Assembly: GCA_964035545.1 (NCBI GenBank)
Contig: OZ037766.1
Span: 17,633,081 to 17,697,080, forward strand
DNA: 64,000 bases
Direction: 5' to 3'
Source: Bugula neritina
Taxonomy: Eukaryota > Animalia > Bryozoa
Below, in pieces: positions 41,560 through 56,500 of the stretch; the first letter of the stretch is position 1, and the number at the start of each line of letters is the position of its first letter. The notes below the pieces were generated by a model. The model was given only the letters and a program-made list of their open reading frames with translations, had not been told where the DNA came from and ran no database searches. The translations under genes were made by a program, and so were the position numbers.

Positions 41560-44500
41560 CTAAATCTCATTACTTGGCGATAAATAATTAGCTGGGACAT
41601 AGCCATATCCATCTGATGTTTGTGCATACCACCAGTCTCTGTTGCCCAGTTTGTCGTGCTTTTCAAGAATGTAAACTATTTGGTTGGCTTTCAGAGACAA
41701 TTCTTGTGCATTTCTTGATAGAAAGTCATATCTGGATTTAAATACCTAAAAATAATTTTATCAAATAAAACTTGTGACATTTTATTATTACCAAACAAAT
41801 TATGTAAGTTGGAAACTGAAGCCCTTTTCCCACTGTCACAAGTAATAATGTGCTCACCTACAAAATCAGTTTGATGAGCAGGTATACAGTCAATTGATGG
41901 CTATTACATGCAAGCCTGTTGATGACATTGTAACGCTGAGAATCACTGACATCATGGTTTACAAATATGTTTCACTTTAAAGTAGTAAAGAATTGCAAAT
42001 TGCTCTTAAGAATCTTGAAGTTTCTTATTTAAAAGAAATGAAAAGGATTTTGAATCCAATTAATTGAGTTTAATATGTTTTTATAGCTGAGAAAAGACAT
42101 GTGCAAGTTCTCCACTAAACATAAAAATGTGCCATTATAATTTTATACTCACTTCAGGCTGAAGGGGCTGTAATTGTGGTGTTTGCTGTAAGTGTTGAGC
42201 TATGAGTGTTGGCCGTAGCTGCTGAGAGACTCCAGAGTCTGAAATACCTTCCCGGGTACTATATGGCCTTATATGGGATCTCTGTATAAATCCCATACCA
42301 GCTACAAGATTGACAAAACACTGACCTTCAAATTTTTACACAATTATAGAAATTGAAACAACTCAATCTTGAAAATGTTTTAGACTTTTTAGCCATAGAA
42401 TTATTAAAGATTCAATACAGACATTTAAAAATTTCACAAAATATATTATGCGATATAAGTTACATGCCATGAAGAGTCAGTCTTAATTATTGACAATTGT
42501 AGTAAAATGTGGTAGAGAAATAATCAGAATCCTTTCAAAGTCTAGATCTAATCTTACTCCATCAAAAACAGTTGATAAGTTTCAGTTATTTAGAAAAACT
42601 AATACAAATGACAAATTGCAACCAAAATTATTACAACAGCTCTATCTTATCTATCTCATCCTTATTCAACTGTGACAAAATTATATCCTATTCTGCTACT
42701 ATGTTGAATTTAACAATCAGCAACTGACTTTTATATTCACATTATGACTAAATTCACAAGAAACACTTGAAGAAAAATACAATAAGTCTATGATGAGTTC
42801 ATAGTTAGAGTTTCTAAACAGCTTAACTTTGCTAACTTGCTTAAACTTTTACGATTTTCATAGATGATGCACTTAAGTACAGTGCTCCCTCTATATTTCA
42901 CTAAGCTGCGAGTCCGAACCTCAATTCTTGACATGGCAGAATACCAGATTTAACTCACGGATCCATGGAATTAGGCCATTTTTCTTTTTTCCAAGCCCTT
43001 CTTGTGACTTATAGAATTTCGTAAGAAATGGAAATGTGAGATATAGAGAGGGCACTGTGGTAGGTTATACTTTTAATACATACAGTAATAAATTAGCAAA
43101 AACAAGAATAAACTCAGCTCACTGCTGATTGTCAATCAAATAAAATGAAATAATGATATTAATCAGTTCTAATTGAATTGAATGAAACTAGCCAACAGCT
43201 AGCACACAGTGCTAATACCAAGCCTGCTCCATTGTAATGAAATGAAAATAGATAAACCCATTTTCTCTACCATCTACTTTTCCTGTATATAGATTCAATT
43301 TGTATAATGCTACAACCACTGCGGTTTTTACTGCTAAGCTGCCATACTTTATTGCGACATACCAAAGTTCCATTTGATCATAATGGCCCAAAAATACTTG
43401 CCCCATAAGATAAAATAACTACAATTCTGGTGCATATAACAGTGAGACAGTCGACACATACCTCCGCTGTCCACATACCAACGGCTATCATTACCCATTG
43501 GATCCTTCTGTTGAATAACGCCTATCAAGTCACCTTGGCGCAGTGCTAGTTCCATTGCATCACTGGGGTGATGGTTTGCAGTAACAACATATAGTTTAGA
43601 TGGGTATTTTGTACACAACAACTCTCGAACATCCGGTGCTTGTGTTTGCTAATACAAAATAAACACTTTTAGTGCTACGTATGACAACAATATAACAAAA
43701 TAATACATAGTAGAATAACACTGTGATGTGTTAAAATTTTAATTTATAGCCCCTACTACCAAATGGATATTTTAAACCAGTTGGTTCAGATTAGGGAAAT
43801 TTGACTGATTTCAGTGAAAGCAACAAAGTGATTGAAAGGGATAACATAAACAGAATTAAACAATATTGAATGGTCTTAATACAAAAATACTTTTAAAAAT
43901 ATTTTTAGCAACAATTTCTGTTATTTATGAATGTCAATATCAGTATTGATATTATTGTTCTTACCTGAATACTGGCATTCGACTTCTTAGATGAAGATTT
44001 TCGAGTTTGGCGGGTGCTTGTGAGTTCAGTGACCAGACTTTCTACCAAACCATATGCCTTATCAAATTGGCCTACTGCATCAGTAGAGCCAGAAAGAGTT
44101 GTTATCTATATAAGATAGTAAGAGTTGAACTGAAATTTATAAACCAATGACTAAGACATTGTCTAGAAATGCTAAAAATTGTTGCTTTTAATCCTGAGAA
44201 CAAAAAACCGCATGAATAATTTAAAATTTTTGCAAAAATTCTGATTAGGGAAAAACTTTGAGCTGTGTATTGGGAAAGATAAGATACAGAAGCAATGTAA
44301 TATATGTCTTTCATAGCAAAATCTTAATTAGTCACTGATATTGAACTTGGGTGCTAGGAAAGTATATAAAAACATAAACAACATTATGTTGTGAAATTGC
44401 CTATTGTTGACAATTCAAGTATCAGCTTGTTACCTCTATTAAAGGGAAGATAAGACCATAAGATTCTTCTGAGTAAATTCTATAGAGTCGAGTGAACTCA

Positions 44501-47500
44501 CTCACACAATCCCTGAACATGTAATAAACCAAATGGTTAAACTTTGGAAGCTCCTCTTTAAGTTGATTGTTCAGTGCATAGAAATCTCTTTTAGTTTTGT
44601 CCAGCTCTTCAGCAGCCTACAACCACAAACTAGGTAATTCTTTACAACAACTTTTTTTACAAAACAATCTTATGAAAGTAGTTTTTATTGCTACAATATG
44701 GTAAAACCTATATCTTGGAAAATCAATTCACGAGTATTTTGGGATTGGACACAAGAAATAAAGAACAGGAGAATGGTGGCATCTGAAAATATTGATGCAG
44801 AATCTGCAAATAATACATACTAATTTATCTTCTTTGTTTCGTTCATACTTAGTCTGAGCAGCATCATAATCCAGTCTCTTATCTCCACGCTTATCAATTA
44901 ATTTATTGGGTCCTTGAAATAAAGCCAGAATCTTTCGTAGCTCAATGAGCACTATTTCATCCACATCATTTTTCTAGTCATAAAAAATGAAAATTTGTTA
45001 ATGCAGCTAAACAATAGAAAGCAACTAGAAACATCTACAATTATTGAACACAAAAGTTGCTTTAATGAAACTAGCATCTAATTATTACATGTATATGAAT
45101 TTTAAATTTATAGTTAGTAAAAGAAATACATGACAACCTGGGATGCTGATGAACTGTTTTGATAAGCTGCTTGATCGATGGAAACAGTGCATATCCAAAC
45201 CAAGTATTATAAAATACTATTATACACACTATACATACTGTCATAATAATTATACTACAATATACCATAACCTATTATATACTATTTGATACTATAATAT
45301 ATTAGAATATACTCTTAATTAATACTATTATACACTTGCATATGGTATACTATAATTTGCAATGTACCATTAATTGATACTATAAGAAAACAAACTTACA
45401 AACAACTTAAATGCAGTTGAAGATATTTTTTGATGTGCTTGAAGATAGATCGTTATTTCCTCAGGCTGTGGCGAAGACAAATATTCAGAGAGATCACTAG
45501 CCACTGTTTCTTGCAAATCGTGAGACTTCTATGTGTGTAAAAATTAACATGTATAAACAAGGTTCAGAACAATAAACTAAAGTAATAAAATAAAATAAAT
45601 GTAGAGATCAAATGACATATTACAAAGAAGAATAGGTTGTGATTACATATAGTATACCGGAATGTACCCAGGTTTGAAACTGGCATGTACATCAAAATAT
45701 GCTATGCATAGTAAAAAACAAACCAATTTTCCCAACATATCAAATATAAAACATCACCTTTTAAAAATGCCTAAAATGTGCTATTGTATGATGGACAAAC
45801 GTTGAATCAAGTGTATATTACATTATATTGCATCATCTTATATAAAGTTAATGATAAAAGTTATATCATCACCATATTATTATATTATATTACTAAAATC
45901 TCTTTACCTTTAAACTGGAAATGACATTATCAACATTGTTGGCCAATTCTTTGATAGCATCCTCTAGCTCTTTGCAATAATTAGTTTCACGGTCAAAATC
46001 TTTATCAACAAACTAAAACAAAAGTATATTGTATAACTTACTTTATAAATACAAATTGGGAAAGTATGTGCATGAATAGAGCTACAAAAAACTATGTGTA
46101 ACAATTATTATAGTACACTACTTAATAACATAATTACCTGATTAGCAAATCCGACATAATTACCAATCTTTCTTCTGGCCCTTTGAGTTTTCTTTCTGAT
46201 AGAGTGCATGCTGAGTCTAGAGAGGGCAACTTCCCCTCGGTTGCCAACTTTGTATTTGTCAACTGAACAAAAATTAATATTTTTTTGTAATAATTTTCAT
46301 ATCAACAGCATCTTCACAATGTATGGTATGATATCCTTTATGTCTGATAACAGATGCGCAAGAGAAACCTAGTAGCCCTAGCTGTGCTTATTGCTTATTT
46401 GTCATCTTTTAATAATACAAAATATAAATTAAATCTTTCAAACTTGTTGCAAAAGAATAATCTGTTGATAATGTCAAGCAAGCATTTAAGAACTGTTGAT
46501 TCACCACCTACATGTATGCATCTTTCTACGTATAGTCACAGTCACTATTTACTGAGAGGGCAAATACAGCATGAATATAGACAAAGTACAACTAGACTGC
46601 AAGTAATGTAACTAGTTTATGTTAAAAATTACAATAAAGCCAGGGTGGCTATACCAATGTCCTTCCTTCTTTTGCACTCATTGATATGGTTACATAGCTC
46701 ATCTACTGCACTGCTAGCCTCCTTTAATGGTTGAATATCTGGATGCAGTTTTTCAGTTGACTGCAAAATAAATAACTCAAAATACATAGCTAGAACACGG
46801 CATGCCATAACATACACAAAGTCTACCGCAAGTGTAAGAGGATAGCTTAATAATTGTGAGTTGGAAGCCACTTGTATATATCATTTAATAATATTTTCTA
46901 GTAATTAATATGTTGACTGTATCTGCAACACAGTTATGGTACTGACTGCTATGATATCTGATAGGAGAAGCTTGTATCTGGGTGGTCTCTGAACAGGGGT
47001 TATCAGAAATGCATCAACAGTGAATGGCTTCTCTGGTCTGTGTTTAGCAATCTCATCCAGGCCTTGATTAAAGTAGGATCTAATGTCAGGACTGGCATTG
47101 TACTATAACACAATTGGAAGGGGATTAGAGAACCTCCACTAAAGTGATATTAGTGATGGTATAGCTGCTGCTATTAAAACAAAAAAAGTAACAAAGAAGA
47201 ATGTGGCACATCTGATATTATAGATAATGGGGCCTGAAAGAAATCAAATCTATAAAGGATTGAGACATTTAGAACATATAATCTGTCAAAAATGATTTGT
47301 GAACTTCCAGTAATTTAATTATTAAAGAAGTTCACAAAATCAGCAAATAATTTGAATAAAACAATGAAAAAATTTAATACGAAAAAGAAAAGTAGATAAA
47401 TTACAGATAAATAAAGGCAAAGCAGGGTAGGTGCCAGCGACAAAGGCCATCAGAAAGGTTAGAATTGAAAATCTCAAAAAGTAACAAAATGAATATCAAT

Positions 47501-50500
47501 GAGATGTTAAAAAAATAACTCGCATCTTGATGGGTAATATAAGCATGCAGACATGTTAAATTGGTGTTGCTGTTACATAACTAACTTGCTCTAGAAGAGT
47601 AGAGACATCATCGTATTTTGTACAATATTGGGCATATGTGTCTTTCATTCTTTCTTTAAACTCTAAAAATGGTTCCCCTGTAATGCATTATTAATATCTA
47701 ATACTTTGATTTGCCTTCTAACATACACCACACACAAAGCTAAAATATTTCCATCAATATGTATGGCATACTTTGAGTCAATTTGTATAAAATAAAATGT
47801 CCAAGTACTCAAAGCCATTACATGGAATTGTTAAGTGGCCACCTACTCACCTATCAACTGATGTTCAAAATCTATCCCATCTGTACTCTGTTTGAATCGA
47901 GCCAACAGCTGTTCAGATATCTCAATTATCTCAGGCAGGTTACAGAATAAGAAAGTACAGTCAACACCCTCTGGAGCCTGGAAATACACAGTGTAATAGT
48001 GTATAATTATTAATACAAAAATGTCTCAATTTACAACTTTATTTGCTAATTAATTTGCACTCACATTACCTGAACGATAAAACTTTCAATTATAATTGTT
48101 TTTGATTGATTGATTGATTGATTGAAAAAAGTACCGAGCGTCAGTTAATTTCACTTGTCGGAGTACCCCTTTATAGTTTTACTGAAACTCGGTGAAATCA
48201 TATTGATGCAGAAGCTCACTTCGCAATAGTGAAATATGACTAGATTAATCGCTATTTGATGCCCTTTGAAAATATTGTGAATTAGTAAAGTTGACAGCAT
48301 AAAAGCAATAATGGAGATAGCCAGCTATTAGCCAGTTTGAGAAAGCATAGCCAACATAATTATAAACATAAAAGTACGTCATCTAGTCGTCAAAGTCATA
48401 ATTAAATACTGATATTTACAAGGAGTTACAATTCCGTTTGATTATCAATCTGAAATTGGCTGATTAATCGTAGGGCCACACGACTCAGGTTTCCTGCATG
48501 CGGGTCCAAATTTTTGAAAACCCGTCCTGTGAACGACCTGCCACACACAATGCATGAGTTGTGAGTGCGGAAATTTATTAGCTAAAAATCTTGGGGCTTA
48601 ACATTACTGCTCGCCTACAGATACTCGTTTTTAAATCTACATCATCAGCAAAGTGACTTTAGATATTATAAAAGCGGAAATGCAAACTATATGAAACTGT
48701 TTTAATTCAGTTAGCTAAAAATTAAAGTGAACATGGAAATTAAAAAAGTGTGCTCGGTTAATGGTGATCAGCCAATTAGATCAAACCCGTACGAGCTTAC
48801 TGCACTTCCCGCTCAGCATGTTACTCGCATGAAAACCCGCTCACAACAGCCCATTTTTGGGCTAAATGCGATTCCCGCAAGTTGCCCTCGCGGGTAACCC
48901 ACTTGTAGTAACCACAGAACAAAAAATCTTGACGAGTGGCTTTTACAATGCAACGCAACTCAGTGAAATTTTAACTCGGCCAAATTGAATTTCTGACTAA
49001 AAATCGTGAAGGTATAAACGCAACTTTACTTATTTTTTTATGAAGTACATTAGGATGATACAAAATTTTACCAAAGTCCCATGCAAAAAATTAAGCTTGA
49101 TAGTTTAACAACATACCTGTAAGCCAATTTCTGAGTTGAAAACATGCACACACAACTTCAAGTCTCTTAGATAATGCTCTTCCGTATTCATCAACTCTTC
49201 TATTTTACTAAAGCATCAAATCAAAACTACTAAATACCAGTCGATACTTTACATAAGGCATCCTCTACCAAATAGCTACTAGCAACACACTATGAGAAGA
49301 ACCCCAAATGGCTTTATTTTCTGTTTTGTAAGACGATCTAAAGCCTACTTTGCTCGCTTCACTCTCCGCTTCAATTTATTCTCATTGCTGTCATAATCAT
49401 TTGCTGGTGACTTGTGATCAGCTGTAATCCCAGCGGGCATTAGCATCCTGTCAGTATTTATCTTCAACATCTCCATCTCTGCTAATTTCTCTACATAAAT
49501 AATGAAAATTGATAAAAGCTGTAAATATCTGTAATAAAAACTGCCTTTATGAGATAGGTTATAGCCAGCAGTATGTTACATACTTTCATATAGTAGAGTA
49601 CTAGTATTAGTAGAGGTGCATATAGAAAAACTACTCAACTTATAAATCCTAGTTGTGAAAATGCCTACTTTGACCTGAAAAAATCTTTTCAACATAAAAA
49701 ATAATCAAGTGCCCAGATTATTGTAAAATTTGAACGCTTAAGAAGTATGTATAAAAATTGTAAACTAAGCTAGTCTGAAAAAAAATAAATTTATTAGTTA
49801 ATACAAAATGTGGTTTTCTTAAGGTGATGTACATTCAAGTTTACTACTAATGGATAAATTGTGAAACACTAGACAGCACAACCATTACAAAGTTCAGAAT
49901 GCGTTAAAATAATGAATGTGCTTGCTGATAAGAATTCTAAGATGATTTAAATGAATGGGTTCACAAAATGAGCAGGAACACCATTGCATTCAAAGCAGTT
50001 TTGAAACTTAATTTGCCCAAAGTACTAAATGGTGGAAAATTGCTATTCAAAAAGGACAGAGCAGAGAAAGGCGCTGATTAAATGTTGGAAACATGAATAA
50101 TAAAACAAAATCTATTCATTTCAGGTATTTAGGCTCCTTTAGTCATATAGAACTAAGATTAAGCAATGGAGTCGAAAATGAAACTGTAGATATTTGGCAA
50201 AAGTCATTTTCATAGAATATATTTTCACATTTAAGATCTTATAATAGATGTAACAATATTTGTATTGTAGAAAGTAATGGTCACGCTATGTAGCAAATCA
50301 CTGAGTATGAATTTACATCTTTTACCTATTTCACATTAAAACTGAATAAGCAGTAAACTAGGTTCTCACTTAGACAGCTGTAGACCTACATGTGTACCTA
50401 TGGGATATACTCTAATATCCGTTATATATGTAGTGAGCTGCATGATGGAAACTATTATAAGCGTTTATGGGTCATTTTACTTAATTTAGTACACACTGGA

Positions 50501-53500
50501 TATCTTCAGTGTTTGGCTATTTTTCACAATTTAGCTGGTAATGAACATGGTTTTTTGGCTAAAACTAGTAAAACACCAATAAATACACCTAAATAATCAA
50601 AGTTCTTTTTAATTTTGCTTCATTTCCCATGTTTTTCCCTAATTATTCAGCTAGTTTTGGTTACAGACCGTTACGGTTTTTTTTGTAACGGTTAGCACAT
50701 ATAGAATATTAAGTGCATATGACAATGACATGTGCTTTAATGTTGGGGAATCTCCTCCCAGCCTTTTCTGTTATGCGTAGTTAAGACCAGCACATAAAAA
50801 TACCATGTATAGTAAATTTCAATTGCTTTTGAGCAAACTTTAATGTTAGGTCGTAAGTTGCTGGTGTGTACTAAATGAAGTAAACTGACTCTTATAGTAA
50901 TATTATCATTATGGATTAAAGTAGAGTTCATATCTATATAGAGCACGAATAAAAATTTAACTTAATTAGTTTTATTTTAAAGTTGTGAAATTAGTATAAC
51001 AAAACCCATTTGTAAGTTGAAGTTTAAAATAATTATTTAAATTCAATTATTTTGCAGAAATAAAGTATTGAAGTATAAATTTCTGAACTGTAACATGGTT
51101 TTTATATTCAAAGAGGATAACAAAGTTTCATAAAAATAGTTTAAAACTAACCTTTAATACGGTAATAAAGTTTACTATAGTGTAGTAATGACAATGAAGA
51201 TGATAAAGTTACACATTTTTGGAGGAATTACAAATAATATATAGTTAGTTTTCCTTAGAATCCATTTCAGGTTGAATTTTTTTCAAAATATGAAAATTTA
51301 TTAGCAGTGGATATGAATTTTAACTGATTATTATTTACATTAAATGACTAATAGGTGTGAAAAATTACATCTTGCCAGTAAAACTTCTCACAAAATCCAA
51401 TGTATTTAACTTAATTTTGATGCTAAAAGAGGGTTGCTTATAGTCACTACCATGCCCAAAGCAGCAAAGTTTAGGTCAAGAAAAAGAAATTTTAATTCAA
51501 CTTAGAGTTTTATAGACAAGTTGAAAAAATATCATTCCTATGCTCTGGAGCAGATACCTCCCAACAAAATAAAGCTGTAATAGCTTGCTAAAGCATAGGA
51601 AAATCAAATCTAAAACTAACATGGTTGTAGCTGGCTGCCGAGTAACGTCAGGTGGGAATACATCAACTAACTTATGAATTTTTAAGTGTTTAATTTTGCA
51701 TTTTAAAAAGAAAAAAAATCTGGCGATAACATTAAAGTGAAGCGTATGACTTAGGGCAGTGTTAATCTTGAAAGTATAAAGAATTTTGATAAGAAGCTCC
51801 AGTAACTTCAACTTGGGCTGGAGTTTTTAAAATTAAATCAACTATTCATTTATGCCAGCTTAATTGTTATGATTATAGAATACTGATTTGCTTTTCTTCT
51901 AGATATTCCTTTCATCATTCCTCAAAGGATCTTTCCCTGAATAGGTAGAATAGCACTGGAAAAACTAGAGCCATACCTTTTTAGAAAGTCGTCGACTTTC
52001 AACAAAATTAACATTTTTACTCCTACCAAGAGGAATTGTAAAGACTGCAACTCAGTTGTTGTATGACAGAGAGAATTAACAGTGAGAGAATAGTTTACTT
52101 GTTTAACTATTAGCGTCAATGATCATAAAAACAATTTTATTTGAGGAAAACTTGAAAACCAAGTGTTGTGCATAGATGCATGGAAAATCCCGCAAGAGCA
52201 TAGTGTGGTGGAAATGCGTGTGTTGTAGAGTTATCTTTTCTTATACTTTTACCCTGTGGAATTATCATCTCTGTATCTTATTTTTATAATTTATGTAACA
52301 CAATCGTGTAATTCCATCCTGTCCGAAAGTCGGCACTGTCGATAATCGGGCTCCGACTTTCGGACAGAATGAAAACAAAGCAACTTTTTGTGTATAAAAG
52401 CAGGCGAGCTCGCAGTGTAGATTCAGTCTACTACTGGAGCTCTCCTGATACAGACTACCTATTAAAGCATCCACTATGCAATAAAGATTGATACTCTTGA
52501 AAACTACAACACCTCTTGTTCTTCTTATATTACAGTTATGTTCTACACTTAATTACATTCGACCCACAAAACTACTACAATAGGCAAAGATTGTCTTATG
52601 AATTCCCAACTTTGCTAACTATGCCCACTGGCACAACTTTTATGCACGAGATTGTAAACAAAAAGGCACCGCTGGTCATGACTAGATTACGGGATTTTAC
52701 TGGAATGGTGCACTTCACCAGTTCAACAGAGTGTGCGTAAAATATGATATGATTCTACAAACCGCATAGTTTACCACCTAAGTGCTTGCAATATAAGTTA
52801 ATACCAACCCCTAAAGTTAAATGTATTATACCATGCTTACTAACCCTTCAGGTCATCAACTTCTAATGTCATTCCATTAATATTCTCCATATAGAACCCA
52901 AGTTTCTCATCCAAAATATCATCTTTTTCTAAACCACTGTCCAAAGTCTCAACTTCTCTGTTATAGTTCTGAAAACAAATAGCATTTACTTATCAAAACA
53001 TGGCGCCATATACATTCATACAGCAGGGTTGGGGTAATTGTAATTTGTAATTGGTTGTAACTAATTACACTTTTTTAAGTAATGGAATGCAACTTGTAAT
53101 TGATATATAAAATTGTAATTATTTACATGGCTAATGTAATTGATTCTACAATTACTTTATAATTACATAACAATTACTTCGAATTTTTAAATGTTACAAA
53201 ATTCATACTCTTCCTACTATGCCTACTGCTTAATGAAAAGTTCAGATTAATTAAATGTGGTTTTGTATCACCCTATCAATCACTGTTGAGAACAAAGAAG
53301 GTTCTTTGCTGTCAAAATTGCCCCAGATAGTTGAACTCCAGAAGTGAAATTATTTAACTTCTATTTGTTCTTTGTGAGAACAAAAGTAATTGTAATTGTA
53401 ATTAATTACATTACCATGTAATTGTAATTACATTCATATGTAATTGACTCCAACCCTGTCATATAGACATGTATGAATACATACATACATACATATAAAT

Positions 53501-56500
53501 ACAACCAAAACTACGTCCAAAATAGAAAAAAGCACTAGAAATATATGAAATGTACAGTACAGAATCTATGAAAATTAAAAGTAAGTCAATGCTAATTTAG
53601 CAAAAAGCATTAAGCAAGATAAAAACTGAATTTCAGGCATCAGACAATGATCAGCACAACTTCTTTTCCAAGTTGTCAACAATGAAGTATGAAAATATGA
53701 AATCAAAGCATTAAGGAAGTTATCGAGTGACTGCAGCATCCAGTGACTTTGATTCTATGAAAAGTTGATACGAGCCAGAAATGATTGCAAGAAATATTTA
53801 TGATAACAGCAAAGGCTTTACCTGACATTCAAATTTCTTGTTCTAAAAATATTGCAATATTATCATCCGGCAGACTAGCCTATACAATTACGACAGAGTA
53901 TTTTAAAAAGAGGCAACTGTTCACTTTTTACATTACAATTTGCATTTCAGAATATATTTCAATACCAAACATTTATTTCATGATCTTTTAAGAATGCTTT
54001 CTAGATTTTTGAGTCAAAACTGTATATGACTGACTAGATACTACTACAGTGATCCCTCGGCAGCTCACGAATCCTGGTCTCACGAAATTCCATAGGTCAC
54101 CAGAAAGGCTTTGACCTCATTTTGTGGCGTCTGTGTGTGTATAGGAACAAAATGGCGGTAACAGTATTTTACTATGTTACAAATTTAGGTTTCGGCCACA
54201 CGGCTTAGTGAGATGAGGAGAGGACACTTTAATTACTAGTTTGAAAATAATTCTTAACTTTAGTGTTAATGAGAGCACTAGCTTTTTGGCAGGCTGTCCC
54301 TCGCACAAGCTTATGGGACAAATATCAAAATTATATTTCTATTATGGTATTACCAACATATTATTTATATGTGCTGAGTACAGGTGATGCAAGAAAATTT
54401 GAGGGTTGATTATATGTAGATAGAGACGCTGATAGCAGTGAATATTTATGCCTACAAATTTAACAGCTAAAATTATTAGAATAATATTTAAATTTAAAAA
54501 AAAACATAATCTACAGACCTCAATATCTTGCTCTAATATTCTTATTCGTTGTGTGAGATGATTGGCTGCTTGCTCATCATATGCTGCTGGAAGTTTGTCC
54601 ACTAGCAACAACAGTATACAAATAACATGAAGGAAGTGATATTGAAATTATTGAAAAAAGACATGTCTGGCTTTGTTGAAAAATATTTATACAAGAGTCA
54701 AGACAAAGTGAAAAGTCATTGCTGCATATGCCTTTAATTTGCATAATTTGTACATTCAGGCTGGTCTACTTAATCTCTTGTTATCAATAATTGTTTATAT
54801 TTGATAACCCCATTCACCTGCAAATGAAAATAATGTGACTAGCTGACACTGTGTGCAGTCACCATGCAATATTCAAGGCTATTACACAGCCCCTATCTAG
54901 TCTAGTTATAAATTAGCTACAAAACCTAACAACAGGTGCCCATAATAGCTGTGAACCATGATAAGCTAACTCTGACATGTTTAAGGACTTGCAGTTTTTA
55001 ATAATGTTATATAGATATCTAACATGGAGAAATAACAAAGAATATGGCAAAGATGAACCACCTAAAGCAGCTGGTTGATGAGGTGGCGGCGGAGCCACCC
55101 GTGTTGGATTTGGTCTTGAAGGAGCTGGTCTACTCGGCACTAAGGCTAACTGCTTAAGATCTGAGGGAGGACTCGGAGCAGGTCTCACAGGTATTGGGGG
55201 TGCTGCTCTTACTGGTACTGGAGACTTTCCTATTGGCTCATCTGTCAAGAGTAGTTAACATGAGAATTTGCTTTGACAATACAACAAGTCGTGGCAGGCA
55301 CAAACTTTCATTGAAATAACAAATGTCGCAATCATTTGGCATTAGTTGACAGAAACCGTTGACGGTAATTTTTAGAAATTCCTTCACTGTTAGTATTATA
55401 TAAGATTAGAATAACAAAATCAAGAGGGATACACATCATTAAACCTACTCTCAACAACAAAAGCTGAAGACCAAGGCTACCTTCATGCATTGACCCTCCA
55501 TGTAGCTTATTCATAATTGCACCAGTCTCTACTCGAACATAATAGTAAAAAGAACATTCTACTATCTACTGTATCAAACATGTCTCCAGATAAGAATCAA
55601 ATGCATGATATTTACATCATCTCTAAATAACACAAACCACAGCTGCTACAGTATTTGTTTTGACTGAGTGAGTATTTTTGACATGTATTTGTTGAGTTAT
55701 TAAGGCAAAAAAACCCCAAAAGTGAGCTTTTTTGACAGGATGAAATGAATACAAAACCTTTTAGAATCTAACCCACACAAACATCACATTGCATTCTATG
55801 CATATTCATGATTTCAGTAGCATAGCAAACAAGGGGAAACAACTTTGGATGAGCTATTCTGTATTTCACTACAATTTAAGATACTTAAAACCAGTTTACC
55901 AAACAATTATTTTTTAAATCTAAAAAAGGTAATTGTTGATTTCAGTAGACTGCTAAATAAGAGTATTTTATATTTACCAATTCAATTTGTTCATAGGTTA
56001 TAATGTGTTAAAATAACTGTTGCTACCGATGAAGCTAAACTGCAATATCTAAAAATTGAGTATAAATTCTACATATCTGTAACAGTACTCTTTGGAATGT
56101 GAAGTGAGCTTGGCCAGCAGTGAGTTCCAGCTATACTAGAATAGACTATGGATTACCATAGCAATAGTTATTATTATCTGATATACGCCAGGGAGTTGAC
56201 TACAGATTCATGAGCTGACAGATTAACACTCACCAGTAGTTGGTGAAGCTGGTGTTGTACCAGATAAATTATTCTTTTTCGGATATGTTATGGGAGAGGC
56301 GGCTGGTTTTTCGGAGATGATACTTTTTGTGGATTCTTGGATCTCATTCCATTGCTGATCAGAGCCTATTTGCGAAAAGCCAGTAGTGGACAATGGTGTC
56401 TCATTTGTAGTAGAAGGCGATGATGAGAGAGTTGGGGAATGGTGATTGGGGCTAGAATGTTCAGTAGCACCGCCACTTATTTTAGGAGGGGGCGGTTTAG

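Noticed and set aside
43212-43406. ORF containing ENGFIY as the second half of the first C-terminal SH3
   Set aside because: No phase-compatible donor; exon 42153-42301 (GFIQRSHIRPY) completes the SH3 in correct phase.
48135-48985. GC-richer intronic block with weak inverted ends (probable DNA-transposon remnant)
   Set aside because: Termini and TSD could not be defined; no coding motif seen.
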